Source: an uncultured Poribacteria bacterium (GTDB lineage: Bacteria > Poribacteria > WGA-4E > PCPOR2b). Taken from it: a stretch of 64,000 nucleotides of DNA. Under the pieces are notes generated by a model that saw only the letters and a program-made list of their open reading frames with translations, had not been told where the DNA came from and did no database searches. The translations under genes and the position numbers were made by a program. The stretch is from NCBI GenBank assembly GCA_958296125.1, contig OY282444.1:2141531-2205530 (forward strand), written 5' to 3'. Positions 51,096-61,557 of the stretch are shown here, in pieces. The number at the start of each line of letters is the position of its first letter. Within the stretch, counting starts at the first letter, position 1.

Positions 51096-51890
51096 ATGAA
51101 GAATCGTTTCGGCTTTGATGTTTCGGGCCAACCTATTGAGGACTTGATTCGCTGGGCAGCCCAAAACGATTTTTGTTACATCGATTTTCAGGCGGATTTG
51201 TCCCCGAATGACATCGCCTCATTCGACACCGCTCGTGTTCGGACTGTTCGAGACCTCTGTGAAACGCATCATATCGCCATCGGCATCCATCCATCGTCTG
51301 CAATAAATAACGCCGAGTATGTGCCTATCATGGCGGAAGCGGTAGACGAATACCTATTTTCTAACCTCGACCTGGCCGCTCGACTCGGCTGCGGTTGGCT
51401 CATCGGGCATGGGGGGTATCATTTCGGTGATAGCCCACGACGGCGGGAGGTGGCTGTTGAACGGATGAAGCGACTGGTGGACAGGGCAGAGCGGGCAAAT
51501 GTTGTCATCTTCTTCGAGAACCACAACAAAGAGCCCGAACATGCTGAAATCCACTACATCCCGCACAACGTCGAAGAAACGCACTGGTTCTTTGATGCGA
51601 TTCAATCGTCGCACTTTAAGTGGGCGTTCAATGTTGCCCACGGTCATCTCGTGCCCGAAGGTTGGCAAGGGTTCCTCGATGAGTTTGGCGTGGAGAATAT
51701 CGGTCAGGTCCGCCTCAACGACAATACAGGCGATTATGAGGTGCATCTCGTCCCCGGTGAGGGGACTATTGACTTTGAAGCGTTGTTTGCGAGGCTGAAG
51801 GCGGATGGCTATTCCGACTGGTTCAGTCTCGGTTTTGGCAACAACGCGGATAAAGTGCGGGTGCGGGATTGGTTCGCGACTTTGGTGTGA
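51096..51890 (+). CDS. Sugar phosphate isomerase/epimerase (AP endonuclease 2-like TIM barrel)
   Basis: FFENH, FNVAHGH, RLNDN..YEVHL.PGEGTIDF. Confidence 0.8.
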   Translation: MKNRFGFDVSGQPIEDLIRWAAQNDFCYIDFQADLSPNDIASFDTARVRTVRDLCETHHIAIGIHPSSAINNAEYVPIMAEAVDEYLFSNLDLAARLGCGWLIGHGGYHFGDSPRRREVAVERMKRLVDRAERANVVIFFENHNKEPEHAEIHYIPHNVEETHWFFDAIQSSHFKWAFNVAHGHLVPEGWQGFLDEFGVENIGQVRLNDNTGDYEVHLVPGEGTIDFEALFARLKADGYSDWFSLGFGNNADKVRVRDWFATLV

Positions 51891-52040
51891 TAGAATCAAC
51901 TCCCCATCCGCCCCCTTTCTCTTAATAGGGGCATTGGCTCATGTTTGCTTTTGGTGCTTTGCACTTTCTTTTTAATGATCCGGGGCATTTAGTCCGCCTG
52001 TAGGAGAGATTTCCGAATCCTGACATTCTTAATTTTTTTC

Positions 52041-52069
52041 TTGACAGTTGTGGGTCTGAATGCTAACAT
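52041..52069 (+). promoter_or_regulatory. Sigma70 promoter for tRNA-Pro/hom
   Basis: TTGACA-17 nt-TAACAT with extended TG. Confidence 0.7.
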
Positions 52070-52100
52070 TTACCCGTATTATATCTGAAAGAATAATTGT

Positions 52101-52174
52101 CGGGGCGTAGCGCAGCCCGGAAGCGCGCTTGAATGGGGTTCAAGAGGTCGCTGGTTCAAATCCAGTCGCCCCGA
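52101..52174 (+). tRNA. tRNA-Pro (GGG), CCA not encoded
   Basis: Acceptor stem CGGGGCG/CGCCCCG; anticodon arm CTTGA-ATGGGGT-TCAAG; T-arm GGTTCAAATCC. Confidence 0.95.
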
Positions 52175-52192
52175 TTTTATGGAGAGGTTGTA

Positions 52193-53515
52193 GTGGATAA
52201 CGCCAGCATCAATGTAGGGCTTCTTGGCTGGGGCACAGTCGGCACAGGTGTTTCCAAGATTTTGCTCAACCAGCGTAATCTGATTGAACAGAATGCCGGG
52301 ATCCAACTCCGTCTAATCAAAATTGCGAAACGTTCGCTACCGGCATCTCGTCCGGGGGTTGAACTGGACGCGGCCTGTTTGACGACGGATCCCGCTGAGA
52401 TTGTCGAGAACCCTGAAATCGATATAGTTGTAGAGTTGATGGGTGGGACCGATGAAGCGCGTCTTTTAGTGACTCAAGCCATTCGCAACGGGAAGCACGT
52501 TGTGACGGCAAATAAGGCGTTGTTGGCAGCGCATGGATTTGAGCTCTTTCAACTTGCTGATAAGCATAACGTCAGTCTGAATTTCGAGGCGAGCGCGGCC
52601 GGGGGCATCCCAATTATCAAGACCCTACGGGAGAGTTTCGCCGCAAACCGCATTCACTCAATCTACGGCATCATCAACGGCACCTGCAACTACATCTTAA
52701 CGGAAATGCACGAAAGCGAAGTCAATTTTGACGAAGTGCTGAAAGATGCACAAGCCAAGGGGTATGCTGAGGCAGATCCGACATTTGATGTTGAAGGGAT
52801 TGATGCCGCGCATAAACTGACCCTCCTCACTTCCCTCGCCTACGGTTTTGCCATGCCGATGGAGGGGGTTTACACGGAAGGTATCTCACACATCACGCCA
52901 ACTGAGATTCAGTACGCTCGTGAACTCGGGTACGTAATCAAACTCCTTGCTATCGCAAAACTGAATCAAGACCGGGTTGAAACGCGTGTCCATCCGACGT
53001 TGGTGCCCGTACGCAGTATGATTGCAAATGTTGGTGGCGCATTCAACACCATCTGTGTCATTGGCGATGCCGTTGGTCCAACCCTATTCTATGGACAAGG
53101 TGCTGGCGAAATGCCAACAGCGAGTGCCGTTGTTGCTGATATTATCGACGCAGCGAAATCGATTAGCGGTAAGGTTAGATCTCAAGTCCCGCGCGGTTGG
53201 CTTTCCGGATCGCAAGCCAACATTTCTCTCTGTCCCATTGATGACGTTCAAACCCGCTACTACGTCCGCCTTGTTGTCCTAGATCAGCCGGGGGTGTTAG
53301 CACAGATTAGCAATATCCTCGGAGAACACCGTATCAGCATCGCATCTGTCATCCAGAAAGAACGCCATGAAGTTGACGATACCGCTTCAATTGTTATCGT
53401 AACGCACAAGGCTGTTGAGAAAAACATGCAGATGGCAATCCAAGAGATTGATACACTTGATGTTGTCAAGGGGGCAAGCCGCCTGATCCGCATTGAAGAG
53501 GAAGTTGCATTTTAA
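52193..53515 (+). CDS. hom: Homoserine dehydrogenase with ACT domain
   Basis: GLLGWGTVG, VVTANKA, FEAS.AGGIP, NGTCNYIL, GYAEADP and DQPGVLA; GTG start after GGAGAGG. Confidence 0.95.
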   Translation: MDNASINVGLLGWGTVGTGVSKILLNQRNLIEQNAGIQLRLIKIAKRSLPASRPGVELDAACLTTDPAEIVENPEIDIVVELMGGTDEARLLVTQAIRNGKHVVTANKALLAAHGFELFQLADKHNVSLNFEASAAGGIPIIKTLRESFAANRIHSIYGIINGTCNYILTEMHESEVNFDEVLKDAQAKGYAEADPTFDVEGIDAAHKLTLLTSLAYGFAMPMEGVYTEGISHITPTEIQYARELGYVIKLLAIAKLNQDRVETRVHPTLVPVRSMIANVGGAFNTICVIGDAVGPTLFYGQGAGEMPTASAVVADIIDAAKSISGKVRSQVPRGWLSGSQANISLCPIDDVQTRYYVRLVVLDQPGVLAQISNILGEHRISIASVIQKERHEVDDTASIVIVTHKAVEKNMQMAIQEIDTLDVVKGASRLIRIEEEVAF

Positions 53516-53529
53516 GGAAATCGCAGCGA

Positions 53530-54591
53530 ATGATTTGGAAGGGTGTCATTCATCACTACCGTGCATATCTACCGGTCACATCAGAGACCCCGGTTATTAC
53601 ACTCAAGGAAGGGAATACGCCCCTCATTGAAGCGACAAACTTAAATGAGGCAATCGGTAGCGACCTGCACATCCACCTGAAATACGAAGGGTTAAATTCG
53701 ACAGGTTCCTTCAAAGATCGGGGCATGACCGTTGCTATCTCTAAATCCGTTGAGGATGGTGCCCACGCGGTAATGTGTGCCTCAACTGGCAACACATCGG
53801 CATCTGCCGCTGCCTACGCTGCCAAAGCAAAATTGAGATGTATTGTGCTCGTTCCAAAAGGGGAAATTGCTCTTGGGAAATTGGCACAGGCGTTGATGCA
53901 CGGTGCAAAAGTCCTCGCGGTTGATGGAAATTTCGACAAGGCACTTCAGCTCGTGCGAGACATTACCGAAAAACACCCGGTTCATCTGGTGAATTCGCTT
54001 AACCCCTATCGCATTGAAGGGCAGAAGACGGGTGCCTTTGAAATTATCGACCACCTCGGTTTTGCTCCTGATTATCAAGCGATGCCCGTCGGCAACGCAG
54101 GGAATATTACCGCTTATTGGAAAGGATACAAAGAATATTACGACTGTGGCAAGGCGGATAGCCTTCCTAAAATGCTCGGCTTTCAGGCATATCGAGCGGC
54201 ACCGATAGTTTTAGGCTATCCTATTGAGAAACCGCAGACAGTCGCCAGCGCAATTAAAATTGGGAATCCTGCAAGTTGGCGGGCTGCGGAGGAAGCGCGC
54301 GATGAATCGAAAGGTTTAATCGATCGAGTATCGGACGACGAAATCTTGCAAGCCTACCAGATGCTCGCAAAATTAGAGGGATTGTTCGTCGAACCTGCCT
54401 CGGCGGCCTCTGTCGCTGGCATCATCAAGTTGAATCAGAGCGGATATTTCGAGCCGGGCTCTACGATTGTTTGCATCCTGACCGGACATGGCTTGAAGGA
54501 TCCGGACGCTGCGCTAGGGGAAATCGGGGGAGAGCCAATTACGGTGCCTACGAGCGAAGCTGCAATCCTCAAGTACGTTTATGAAGCGTGA
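53530..54591 (+). CDS. thrC: Threonine synthase
   Basis: EGNTP, GSFKDRG, ASTGNTS, PVGNAGN and LTGHGLKDP. Confidence 0.95.
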   Translation: MIWKGVIHHYRAYLPVTSETPVITLKEGNTPLIEATNLNEAIGSDLHIHLKYEGLNSTGSFKDRGMTVAISKSVEDGAHAVMCASTGNTSASAAAYAAKAKLRCIVLVPKGEIALGKLAQALMHGAKVLAVDGNFDKALQLVRDITEKHPVHLVNSLNPYRIEGQKTGAFEIIDHLGFAPDYQAMPVGNAGNITAYWKGYKEYYDCGKADSLPKMLGFQAYRAAPIVLGYPIEKPQTVASAIKIGNPASWRAAEEARDESKGLIDRVSDDEILQAYQMLAKLEGLFVEPASAASVAGIIKLNQSGYFEPGSTIVCILTGHGLKDPDAALGEIGGEPITVPTSEAAILKYVYEA

Positions 54592-54684
54592 GCGGCGTGA
54601 GACACATACGGCTTACGCACCTCAGTTTGTACGGACAGCTACTAAATCGCCCGACAACAAAAAGTATAAAAGAGGTTGGTAAGC

Positions 54685-55908
54685 GTGGGAATCATTGTCC
54701 AAAAATTTGGTGGAAGCTCCGTCGCGGATGCTGCAAAGATTAAAAATGTTGCCAAGCGAATCGCACTGACACACGAGCAAGGATACTCTGTCGTTGTCGC
54801 TGTTTCCGCTATGGGAAATACGACTGACAACCTGATCCAACTTGCCCATAAGATCTCTGCAAATCCTCCTGAACGGGAACTCGATATGCTGCTGTCCACC
54901 GGTGAACAGGTCTCGATTGCCCTGTTAGCGATGGCGGTGTCAGAACTTGGCTATCAAGCAATCTCCCTCACAGGAACGCAGGTCGGCATCATCACCAATG
55001 GTTTTTATAGCAATGCCCGAATTAAGAGCATCAACAAAGAGCGCATCCTGTCGGAACTTGAGCGTGGCAGGATTGTTATATTAGCGGGCTTTCAGGGAGT
55101 AACCATTGATAACGAGATTACGACCCTCGGACGGGGTGCATCCGACACCACTGCTGTTGCCATTGCCGCAACGTTAGGGGCTGATCGTTGCGAAATTTAT
55201 ACGGATGTAGAGGGGGTTTACACGGCAGACCCCCGTATCGTTCCAAATGCCCGTAAGCACGATCGGATCACCCATGATGAAATGCTTGAGATGGCGAGGC
55301 TCGGTGCGAAAGTTTTGCACTCCCGATGCGTAGAGCTTGGGAAGAAATTTAATGTCCATCTTTGCGTCCGCTCTAGCTTCAGTGAAGCCGAAGGGACAAT
55401 GGTGGTAAAGGAAGACGAGATGATAGAAGAAGTTGTCGTCAGCGCGGTGACCTCTGAGAAAGATCAGGCAAAGGTATCGCTGCTCGGTGTGCCGGACATA
55501 CCAGGGATCGCGGCGCGTATTTTTCAGGCAGTTGCTGATGCTCACATCAGTATTGATATGGTCATCCAGACGACAAATCCGGGGGGTACAGCCGACATCG
55601 CGTTTACAGTTACTGAGAAGGACCTACAAGCAACAATTAAAATTATCGAAGGCCTCAAAAGCGAAATTGGTTTCGCCAGCGTTAGCCCGGACAAAAACAT
55701 TGCACAGGTGTCGTTAGTCGGAATTGGGATGAAGAGTCATGCGGGTATCGCTGCGCGAATGTTCCAAGCCCTCGCTGATGCAAATATCAACATTCAGATG
55801 ATCAGCTCTTCGGAAATTACGATTTCTTGTGTGATTGATGAGCGTGAAACGGAACGTGCCGTGTGCACAATTCACGATCGATTTGAACTCGGAGGCACTG
55901 CTTCGTGA
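54685..55908 (+). CDS. lysC: Aspartate kinase
   Basis: [24 protein letters not shown] and [10 protein letters not shown]; two ACT domains. Confidence 0.95.
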   Translation: MGIIVQKFGGSSVADAAKIKNVAKRIALTHEQGYSVVVAVSAMGNTTDNLIQLAHKISANPPERELDMLLSTGEQVSIALLAMAVSELGYQAISLTGTQVGIITNGFYSNARIKSINKERILSELERGRIVILAGFQGVTIDNEITTLGRGASDTTAVAIAATLGADRCEIYTDVEGVYTADPRIVPNARKHDRITHDEMLEMARLGAKVLHSRCVELGKKFNVHLCVRSSFSEAEGTMVVKEDEMIEEVVVSAVTSEKDQAKVSLLGVPDIPGIAARIFQAVADAHISIDMVIQTTNPGGTADIAFTVTEKDLQATIKIIEGLKSEIGFASVSPDKNIAQVSLVGIGMKSHAGIAARMFQALADANINIQMISSSEITISCVIDERETERAVCTIHDRFELGGTAS

Positions 55909-56450
55909 AAACGCTCGAATTCATTGTTAGGGAAATCTCTGACAACCAATCCGCACGACATGAGGTTTGGGTTCCGCCTGCAGAAATCGACTTAGAGCTA
56001 GAAGAAGCACAGTTTGTTGGAGAGATTCACGGACATCTACAACTCTCACGCCGCGCGGAGGATGTTTACGTGAAAGGAAGTTTTTCAACGTCGGTTGAGG
56101 TCGAATGTCGTTGCTGTGTCGAATCATTCACAACCAGCATTTTGGGGGATATTGAAGTCCAGTTTTGTCCAGCAGATGCGACTACCCCCTCAGCCCCATG
56201 GCAAGCGGATACCGGCGAGCGGTATTATTTGGGAGATACAATCGATTTATCAGAGGAAGTCCGGCAAAGCCTCATACTTGAAATTCCCAATTGGCCCCTC
56301 TGTTCGGAAACGTGCAAGGGACTCTGTCCGCAATGTGGAGAAAATCTCAACGTTACTGACTGCGGTTGTCAGATCGCCGAGGAGGCCTCCTCTCCATTTG
56401 CTGCTTTGGCAGATCTATTAGATCGGTCTGATCGCGCGCTCGAAAGTTGA
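55905..56450 (+). CDS. yceD: DUF177/YceD family protein
   Basis: ECRCC..F and [21 protein letters not shown]; located upstream of rpmF. Confidence 0.88.
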   Translation: MKTLEFIVREISDNQSARHEVWVPPAEIDLELEEAQFVGEIHGHLQLSRRAEDVYVKGSFSTSVEVECRCCVESFTTSILGDIEVQFCPADATTPSAPWQADTGERYYLGDTIDLSEEVRQSLILEIPNWPLCSETCKGLCPQCGENLNVTDCGCQIAEEASSPFAALADLLDRSDRALES

Positions 56451-56475
56451 CTTCTCTGATTCTAAAATATATAAT
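56447..56475 (+). promoter_or_regulatory. Internal promoter for the rpmF/fab genes
   Basis: TTGACT-17 nt-TATAAT overlapping the yceD stop. Confidence 0.7.
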
Positions 56476-56500
56476 TTATACGCTGATAAGGAGATGACCT

Positions 56501-56686
56501 ATGGCACATCCAAAACGTCGAACTTCAAAATCAAAAAAGCGGATGCGAAGAAGCCACCATGCACTTGGGGAAAAATTTGTTTCAACATGTCCTCACTGTT
56601 CAGAGACAATCCTATCTCATCGTGTTTGTCCGAGCTGTGGCTACTATAACGGGCGGGTTGTGGTGAAAACAGCTGAGGAAGCCTAA
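56501..56686 (+). CDS. rpmF: 50S ribosomal protein L32 (zinc-binding type)
   Basis: MAHPKRRTSKSKKRMRRSH; CPHC..HRVCPSCGYY. Confidence 0.97.
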   Translation: MAHPKRRTSKSKKRMRRSHHALGEKFVSTCPHCSETILSHRVCPSCGYYNGRVVVKTAEEA

Positions 56687-56731
56687 TCCAATACTATAAC
56701 CAAAATCAACTTCAATAAGGATGCTATCGTA

Positions 56732-57721
56732 ATGGCTCGACATGCAGTAATTACCGGAACGGGTTCATACCTGCCGGAGGGGATTTTAACAAACTTTGAC
56801 CTAGAAAAGCGGGTTGATACTAGCGATGAATGGATCCGTCAGCGAACTGGTATTGTCGAGCGGCGTATCGCCGATCCCGATATGGCAACCTCGGATTTAT
56901 GTATTCGAGCAGCTCGCCAAGCTATTAAAGCTGCTGAGGTGGATCCACTTGATGTTGACATGGTCATTGTTGGTACTGCGACCCCTGATACATTTTTTCC
57001 TTCAACAGCGTGTTATGTGCAGCAAGGCATTGGTGCCAAAAATGCCTGTGCTTTCGATCTTTCGGCGGCTTGTGCGGGATTTATCTATGGACTTGACGTT
57101 GCCGACAGTATGATTCACTCCGGGCGTTATCAAACAATTCTAGTCGTTGGTGGAGAAGTTTTTAATAAAATTCTCGATTGGGAAGACAGGGACACCTGCG
57201 TTTTGTTCGGAGATGCGGCAGGGGCTGCAATCGTGCAGGGGACAGATGAGGCAAAAGGGATTCTGGCATCTTATATTGGATCCGATGGTGATTATGCCGA
57301 TCCAGATCTGCTTGGAATGCCCGCTGGTGGCACACGCCTTCCGGCAAGCTATGAGACCATTGATAACAGAATGCACTCGATTAAAATGCGTGGGCGGGAG
57401 GTATTCAAACTCGGCACCCGTATTATGCCAGAAGCCGCTCAACGTGTATTAGACATGGCAGGAGTAACGATTGATGAAATCGATCTGCTTATCCCGCATC
57501 AGGCGAATATCCGCATCATCGAAGCTGTCGGCGAGCGGATTGGAATTGCCCCAGAAAAAGTCTATGTCAATGTTGATAAGTACGGAAATACCTCTGCTGC
57601 CACTACAATCGTTGCACTTGACGAAGCCCTCCGGTCCGGACGGGTTAAACCGGGCGACTTAGTGTTGCTAGTTACATTCGGTGCCGGACTGACGTGGGGA
57701 AGCACCCTGATTAAAATCTAA
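56732..57721 (+). CDS. fabH: 3-oxoacyl-ACP synthase III
   Basis: DTSDEWI..RTGI, AACAGF, PHQAN and YGNTSAA. Confidence 0.96.
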   Translation: MARHAVITGTGSYLPEGILTNFDLEKRVDTSDEWIRQRTGIVERRIADPDMATSDLCIRAARQAIKAAEVDPLDVDMVIVGTATPDTFFPSTACYVQQGIGAKNACAFDLSAACAGFIYGLDVADSMIHSGRYQTILVVGGEVFNKILDWEDRDTCVLFGDAAGAAIVQGTDEAKGILASYIGSDGDYADPDLLGMPAGGTRLPASYETIDNRMHSIKMRGREVFKLGTRIMPEAAQRVLDMAGVTIDEIDLLIPHQANIRIIEAVGERIGIAPEKVYVNVDKYGNTSAATTIVALDEALRSGRVKPGDLVLLVTFGAGLTWGSTLIKI

Positions 57722-57743
57722 ACGAAACAGAGATTTAGGGGTC

Positions 57744-58754
57744 ATGTCTGATATGATTGAAGCCTCGCTAAGAGACGCATTTGCTTTCCTCTTCCCCGGT
57801 CAAGGTTCTCAAAAAGTGGGAATGGGGTTGGAGCTTTCCCAAGAATACGCCACAGCTCGTGCAGTCTTTGACGAGGCGGACGCGATCTTGAATCGGAAGT
57901 TAAGCCAACTCTGCTTTGAGGGACCCGCGGAAGCACTAAAACAGACGGATAATACACAACTAGCGATTCTCACATGCAGTGTTGCGGCATTGCGAGTCTT
58001 GAGCGAACACGGAATTACACCCCAAGCTGTTGCTGGTCATAGCCTCGGAGAGTATTCCGCCCTTGTTGCGGCAAACGTGCTAACCTTCTCAGACGCGCTG
58101 AAGTTGGTTGAATATCGGGCACAGGTCATGGCGGAAGCTTCCCAGCAGCAAGATTGCACCATGGCTGCAATTTTAGGGTTGGAGGAAGCAATGTTACAAG
58201 ATTTCTGTGAAGCTGCTTCGTCTGCCAAAATAACCTCCACGGGTCAGGAGGTAAGTAACGGTGTGGCTCAAATCGCAAACTACAACTGTCCTGGGCAACT
58301 AATTGTTTCTGGTGACACCGCTGCTGTTGAACAGGTCATGGATAGTGCGAAAGCTGCCGGTGCCAGACGTTGCCGCCGACTTGAGGTGAGTGGCGCATTT
58401 CATTCTTCCTTGATGGCACCTGCACAAGAACAACTTCAAACTGTAATTGATGATTTCCAATTCAACGATCCAAGTATTGGAGTGGTTGCTAATGTAACGG
58501 GTGAATTTGTGCAAGCTGTAGATGAAATTCGTCGTCTGTTGATAGCGCAAGTGACGACCACTGTCCAGTGGGAGCGGTCAATACGAACTATCGGAGCCGC
58601 CGGTATCTCGCACTTTGTGGAAGTAGGCCCCGGGATAGTGCTTTCTGGACTGGTACGCCGCACCCTTCCGGAAGCGATTTGCCTGAATGTTGAAGATGCC
58701 AAGAGTCTTGATAAAGTAATAAGTATAGCGAGTGGCCCCTCACATGCAGGTTGA
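57744..58754 (+). CDS. fabD: Malonyl-CoA:ACP transacylase
   Basis: FPGQGSQ, GHSLGEY and VSGAFHS. Confidence 0.96.
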   Translation: MSDMIEASLRDAFAFLFPGQGSQKVGMGLELSQEYATARAVFDEADAILNRKLSQLCFEGPAEALKQTDNTQLAILTCSVAALRVLSEHGITPQAVAGHSLGEYSALVAANVLTFSDALKLVEYRAQVMAEASQQQDCTMAAILGLEEAMLQDFCEAASSAKITSTGQEVSNGVAQIANYNCPGQLIVSGDTAAVEQVMDSAKAAGARRCRRLEVSGAFHSSLMAPAQEQLQTVIDDFQFNDPSIGVVANVTGEFVQAVDEIRRLLIAQVTTTVQWERSIRTIGAAGISHFVEVGPGIVLSGLVRRTLPEAICLNVEDAKSLDKVISIASGPSHAG

Positions 58755-58945
58755 TGAATTCAGCGTGAGAGCAAAATTTTTCACACCCACTAAGAACGTA
58801 TATGTGAAAAAATTGGGTTCTCGAACTTATTTTTACCGTCAATAGCCCAAAGCCAAGTCACGTAGGTGCAGCAGTTCGACCGATTTTACCTCAATACACA
58901 AGCATAAGTTATCTGACAGTGTACTAGGGTGAAAGGGATAATTAG

Positions 58946-59686
58946 ATGACACTTAAAGACAAAGTGGCAATTGTAACAGGCGCATCGCGTGGAATTGGGG
59001 AAGCGATTGCTCGCAAATTCTGTCAGGAAGGCGCAAGTGTGATGCTCTGTTCACGTTCCGCTGAATCAGTTGCTGCTATCGCTGAATCCCTTTCGGACGA
59101 AGGCGGAAACGCAAAATCGACGCAAGCCGATATTTCCAACAAAGCCGATGTAGAGGCACTCGTGGATTTGACTCTGAAGGAATTTGACCGTGTCGACATT
59201 CTCGTGAACAATGCCGGAATTACCCGCGATGCCTTGTTTATGCGAATGAAGGCTGAGGACTGGGAGACGGTTTTACAGACCAATCTCACAGGAACGGCAT
59301 ATTGCCTGCGTGCGGTTATTCGTTCGATGATACGCCAAAGAGGTGGACGCATCATTAATATTTCATCAGTGATCGGAATCGTAGGAAATGCCGGACAAGC
59401 CAACTATGCGGCTTCCAAAGCCGGGATAATTGGCTTGACGAAATCTGTTGCAAAAGAGGTTGGCAGCCGCGGTATCACGGTCAACGCAATCGCCCCCGGC
59501 TTTATCACAACCGATATGACGGGAAAAATATCGGAAACAGATCAGCAGAAAATGCTAGAAATGATTCCAGCGGGTAGTTTCGGTACACCAGAGGATGTTG
59601 CAGAAGCTGCCCTGTTTTTAGCGTCGGATGCCGCCCGATACATCACAGGGCAGGCCATCCAAGTTGATGGCGGTATGTTTATGTAG
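58946..59686 (+). CDS. fabG: 3-oxoacyl-ACP reductase
   Basis: TGASRGIG, NNAGITRD and YAASK. Confidence 0.96.
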   Translation: MTLKDKVAIVTGASRGIGEAIARKFCQEGASVMLCSRSAESVAAIAESLSDEGGNAKSTQADISNKADVEALVDLTLKEFDRVDILVNNAGITRDALFMRMKAEDWETVLQTNLTGTAYCLRAVIRSMIRQRGGRIINISSVIGIVGNAGQANYAASKAGIIGLTKSVAKEVGSRGITVNAIAPGFITTDMTGKISETDQQKMLEMIPAGSFGTPEDVAEAALFLASDAARYITGQAIQVDGGMFM

Positions 59687-59731
59687 GTTAATCGATATAC
59701 AATTTTTAATGACTAGGAGGTTAATAAATCA

Positions 59732-59965
59732 ATGGCAGTAGATCAAGGTCGAATCATCAAAATGATTGCAGATCAGTTACAGATTGACGAAGAGCAGGTT
59801 AAACCTGATGCCTCGTTTATGGATGATTTAGGTGCTGATTCGTTGGATACAGTGGAATTGATCATGGCACTTGAAGAGGAATTTGATATTGAAATTTCGG
59901 ATAGTGAAGCTGAAAAGATTCGCACTGTGCAACAAGCATTTGATTACCTAGCTGAGAATGCCTAA
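59732..59965 (+). CDS. acpP: Acyl carrier protein
   Basis: [19 protein letters not shown]. Confidence 0.97.
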   Translation: MAVDQGRIIKMIADQLQIDEEQVKPDASFMDDLGADSLDTVELIMALEEEFDIEISDSEAEKIRTVQQAFDYLAENA

Positions 59966-60163
59966 CGGTTGTATTCGCTCAATTCGAGCGGTGCAGTTAC
60001 CGGTCCGGTAGACGGTATTCTGCTCATTATTTGGGGAAGGTGTTCTATCACTAAATACGTGAGGCAATCTATTGCTTTGCTATAAGGCTTCTCACAGTGT
60101 GATAGCACACATTCCCTTTCCACCAATCTATTCCTATATTTCTAAAACGAGAGAGGTATATCC

Positions 60164-61405
60164 GTGGGGGCTCGAGTCGTTATCACTGGAATAGGAGTTG
60201 TCTGTTCCGTTGGCAACTCTAAAGATGAGTTTTGGGAATCAATTGCGGCAGGCAAAAGCGGTATTGATCGGATTACACATTTCGATCCGCAAAGTTTTCG
60301 TACGCAAATTGGAGGCGAGATCAAGGGGTTTACGCCGGAGGCGCATCTTCCACGGAAGGCTGTGGCGCGTTTGCCATTATTCATCCAATACGCACTGGTG
60401 GCCGCAATCCAAGCCCAACAAGATGCGGGGCTTGATCTTTCTTCAGTAGACCCTTACCGCGTTGGTGTCGGTGTCGGATCCGGAATCGGTGGCATCAGCG
60501 TTCTTGAAGAAAATTACCGAATCTTGCTCGAAAAAGGACCGAGAAGGGTCAGCCCGTTCTTTGTACCTTACGAGATTATTAACATGGCCGCTGGGCAGAT
60601 CTCGATTCATTTGAAACTCAAGGGGCCCAATTTCGCATCGGTTACCGCCTGTGCAACTGCGAACAACTCGATTGGGGAATCGTTCCGGATCATCCAACGG
60701 GGTGATGCCGATGTCATGTTTACCGGTGGCTCAGAAGCTGCAATCACCCCATTGAGCTATGCCGGCTTCTGCGCTATGCGTGCAATGTCTACGCGCAATG
60801 ACGAACCGCAGCGGGCAAGCCGCCCATTTGATAAAAACCGCGATGGGTTTGTGATGAGCGAAGGGGCAGGTGTGCTAGTCTTGGAATCCCTCTCACACGC
60901 CTTGAAACGCAATACCCCTATCTATGGCGAGCTGGTTGGCTATGGGATGAGTGCTGATGCATATGATATGGTGCACCCGAGTGAAAATGGAGAAGGGGCT
61001 GCCAAGGCAATGGAATTGGCACTCAGAGATGCCCAAATTGCACCGGAGGACGTTGATTATATCAATGCCCACGGGACCTCAACGCCAGTGGGCGATATTG
61101 CAGAAACTCTTGCCATTAAGGAGCTTTTTGGGGAACATGCCTACCGTCTCTCCCTGAGTGCAACGAAATCCATGATGGGCCACCTCCTCGGTGCCGCCGG
61201 GGCAGTTGAGTTAATTGTCTGTCTGTGTGCAATGGAAAACAGCTATATCCCCCCGACCATCAACTACGAAAACCCCGATCCAGATTGTGATTTGGATTGC
61301 GTGCCGAATCAAGGACGATCTGCAGATATTCAAGTCGCATTGTCCAACGCCTTTGGTTTTGGCGGGCACAACACGGCTATTGCTGTCCGAAAATATGTGG
61401 CGTGA
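60164..61405 (+). CDS. fabF: 3-oxoacyl-ACP synthase II
   Basis: [24 protein letters not shown] and [10 protein letters not shown]. Confidence 0.96.
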   Translation: MGARVVITGIGVVCSVGNSKDEFWESIAAGKSGIDRITHFDPQSFRTQIGGEIKGFTPEAHLPRKAVARLPLFIQYALVAAIQAQQDAGLDLSSVDPYRVGVGVGSGIGGISVLEENYRILLEKGPRRVSPFFVPYEIINMAAGQISIHLKLKGPNFASVTACATANNSIGESFRIIQRGDADVMFTGGSEAAITPLSYAGFCAMRAMSTRNDEPQRASRPFDKNRDGFVMSEGAGVLVLESLSHALKRNTPIYGELVGYGMSADAYDMVHPSENGEGAAKAMELALRDAQIAPEDVDYINAHGTSTPVGDIAETLAIKELFGEHAYRLSLSATKSMMGHLLGAAGAVELIVCLCAMENSYIPPTINYENPDPDCDLDCVPNQGRSADIQVALSNAFGFGGHNTAIAVRKYVA

Positions 61406-61557
61406 AACGTGAGCCTCTGTTAGGCACAACCTAACAGAGATTCATTTTTGGTTCATGTAACATGAACCAACTTTTTGAAGGCGAGCTCGGATTTATTCTA
61501 CCTAAACTTAGCTTCATCTAACCGCTAAAGATTTCTCTAATCCTGTATTGCTGTGAC

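Noticed and set aside
52133-52192. N-terminal extension of Hom in the ORF track
   Set aside because: It overlaps tRNA-Pro; the real start is the GTG at 52193 with an RBS.
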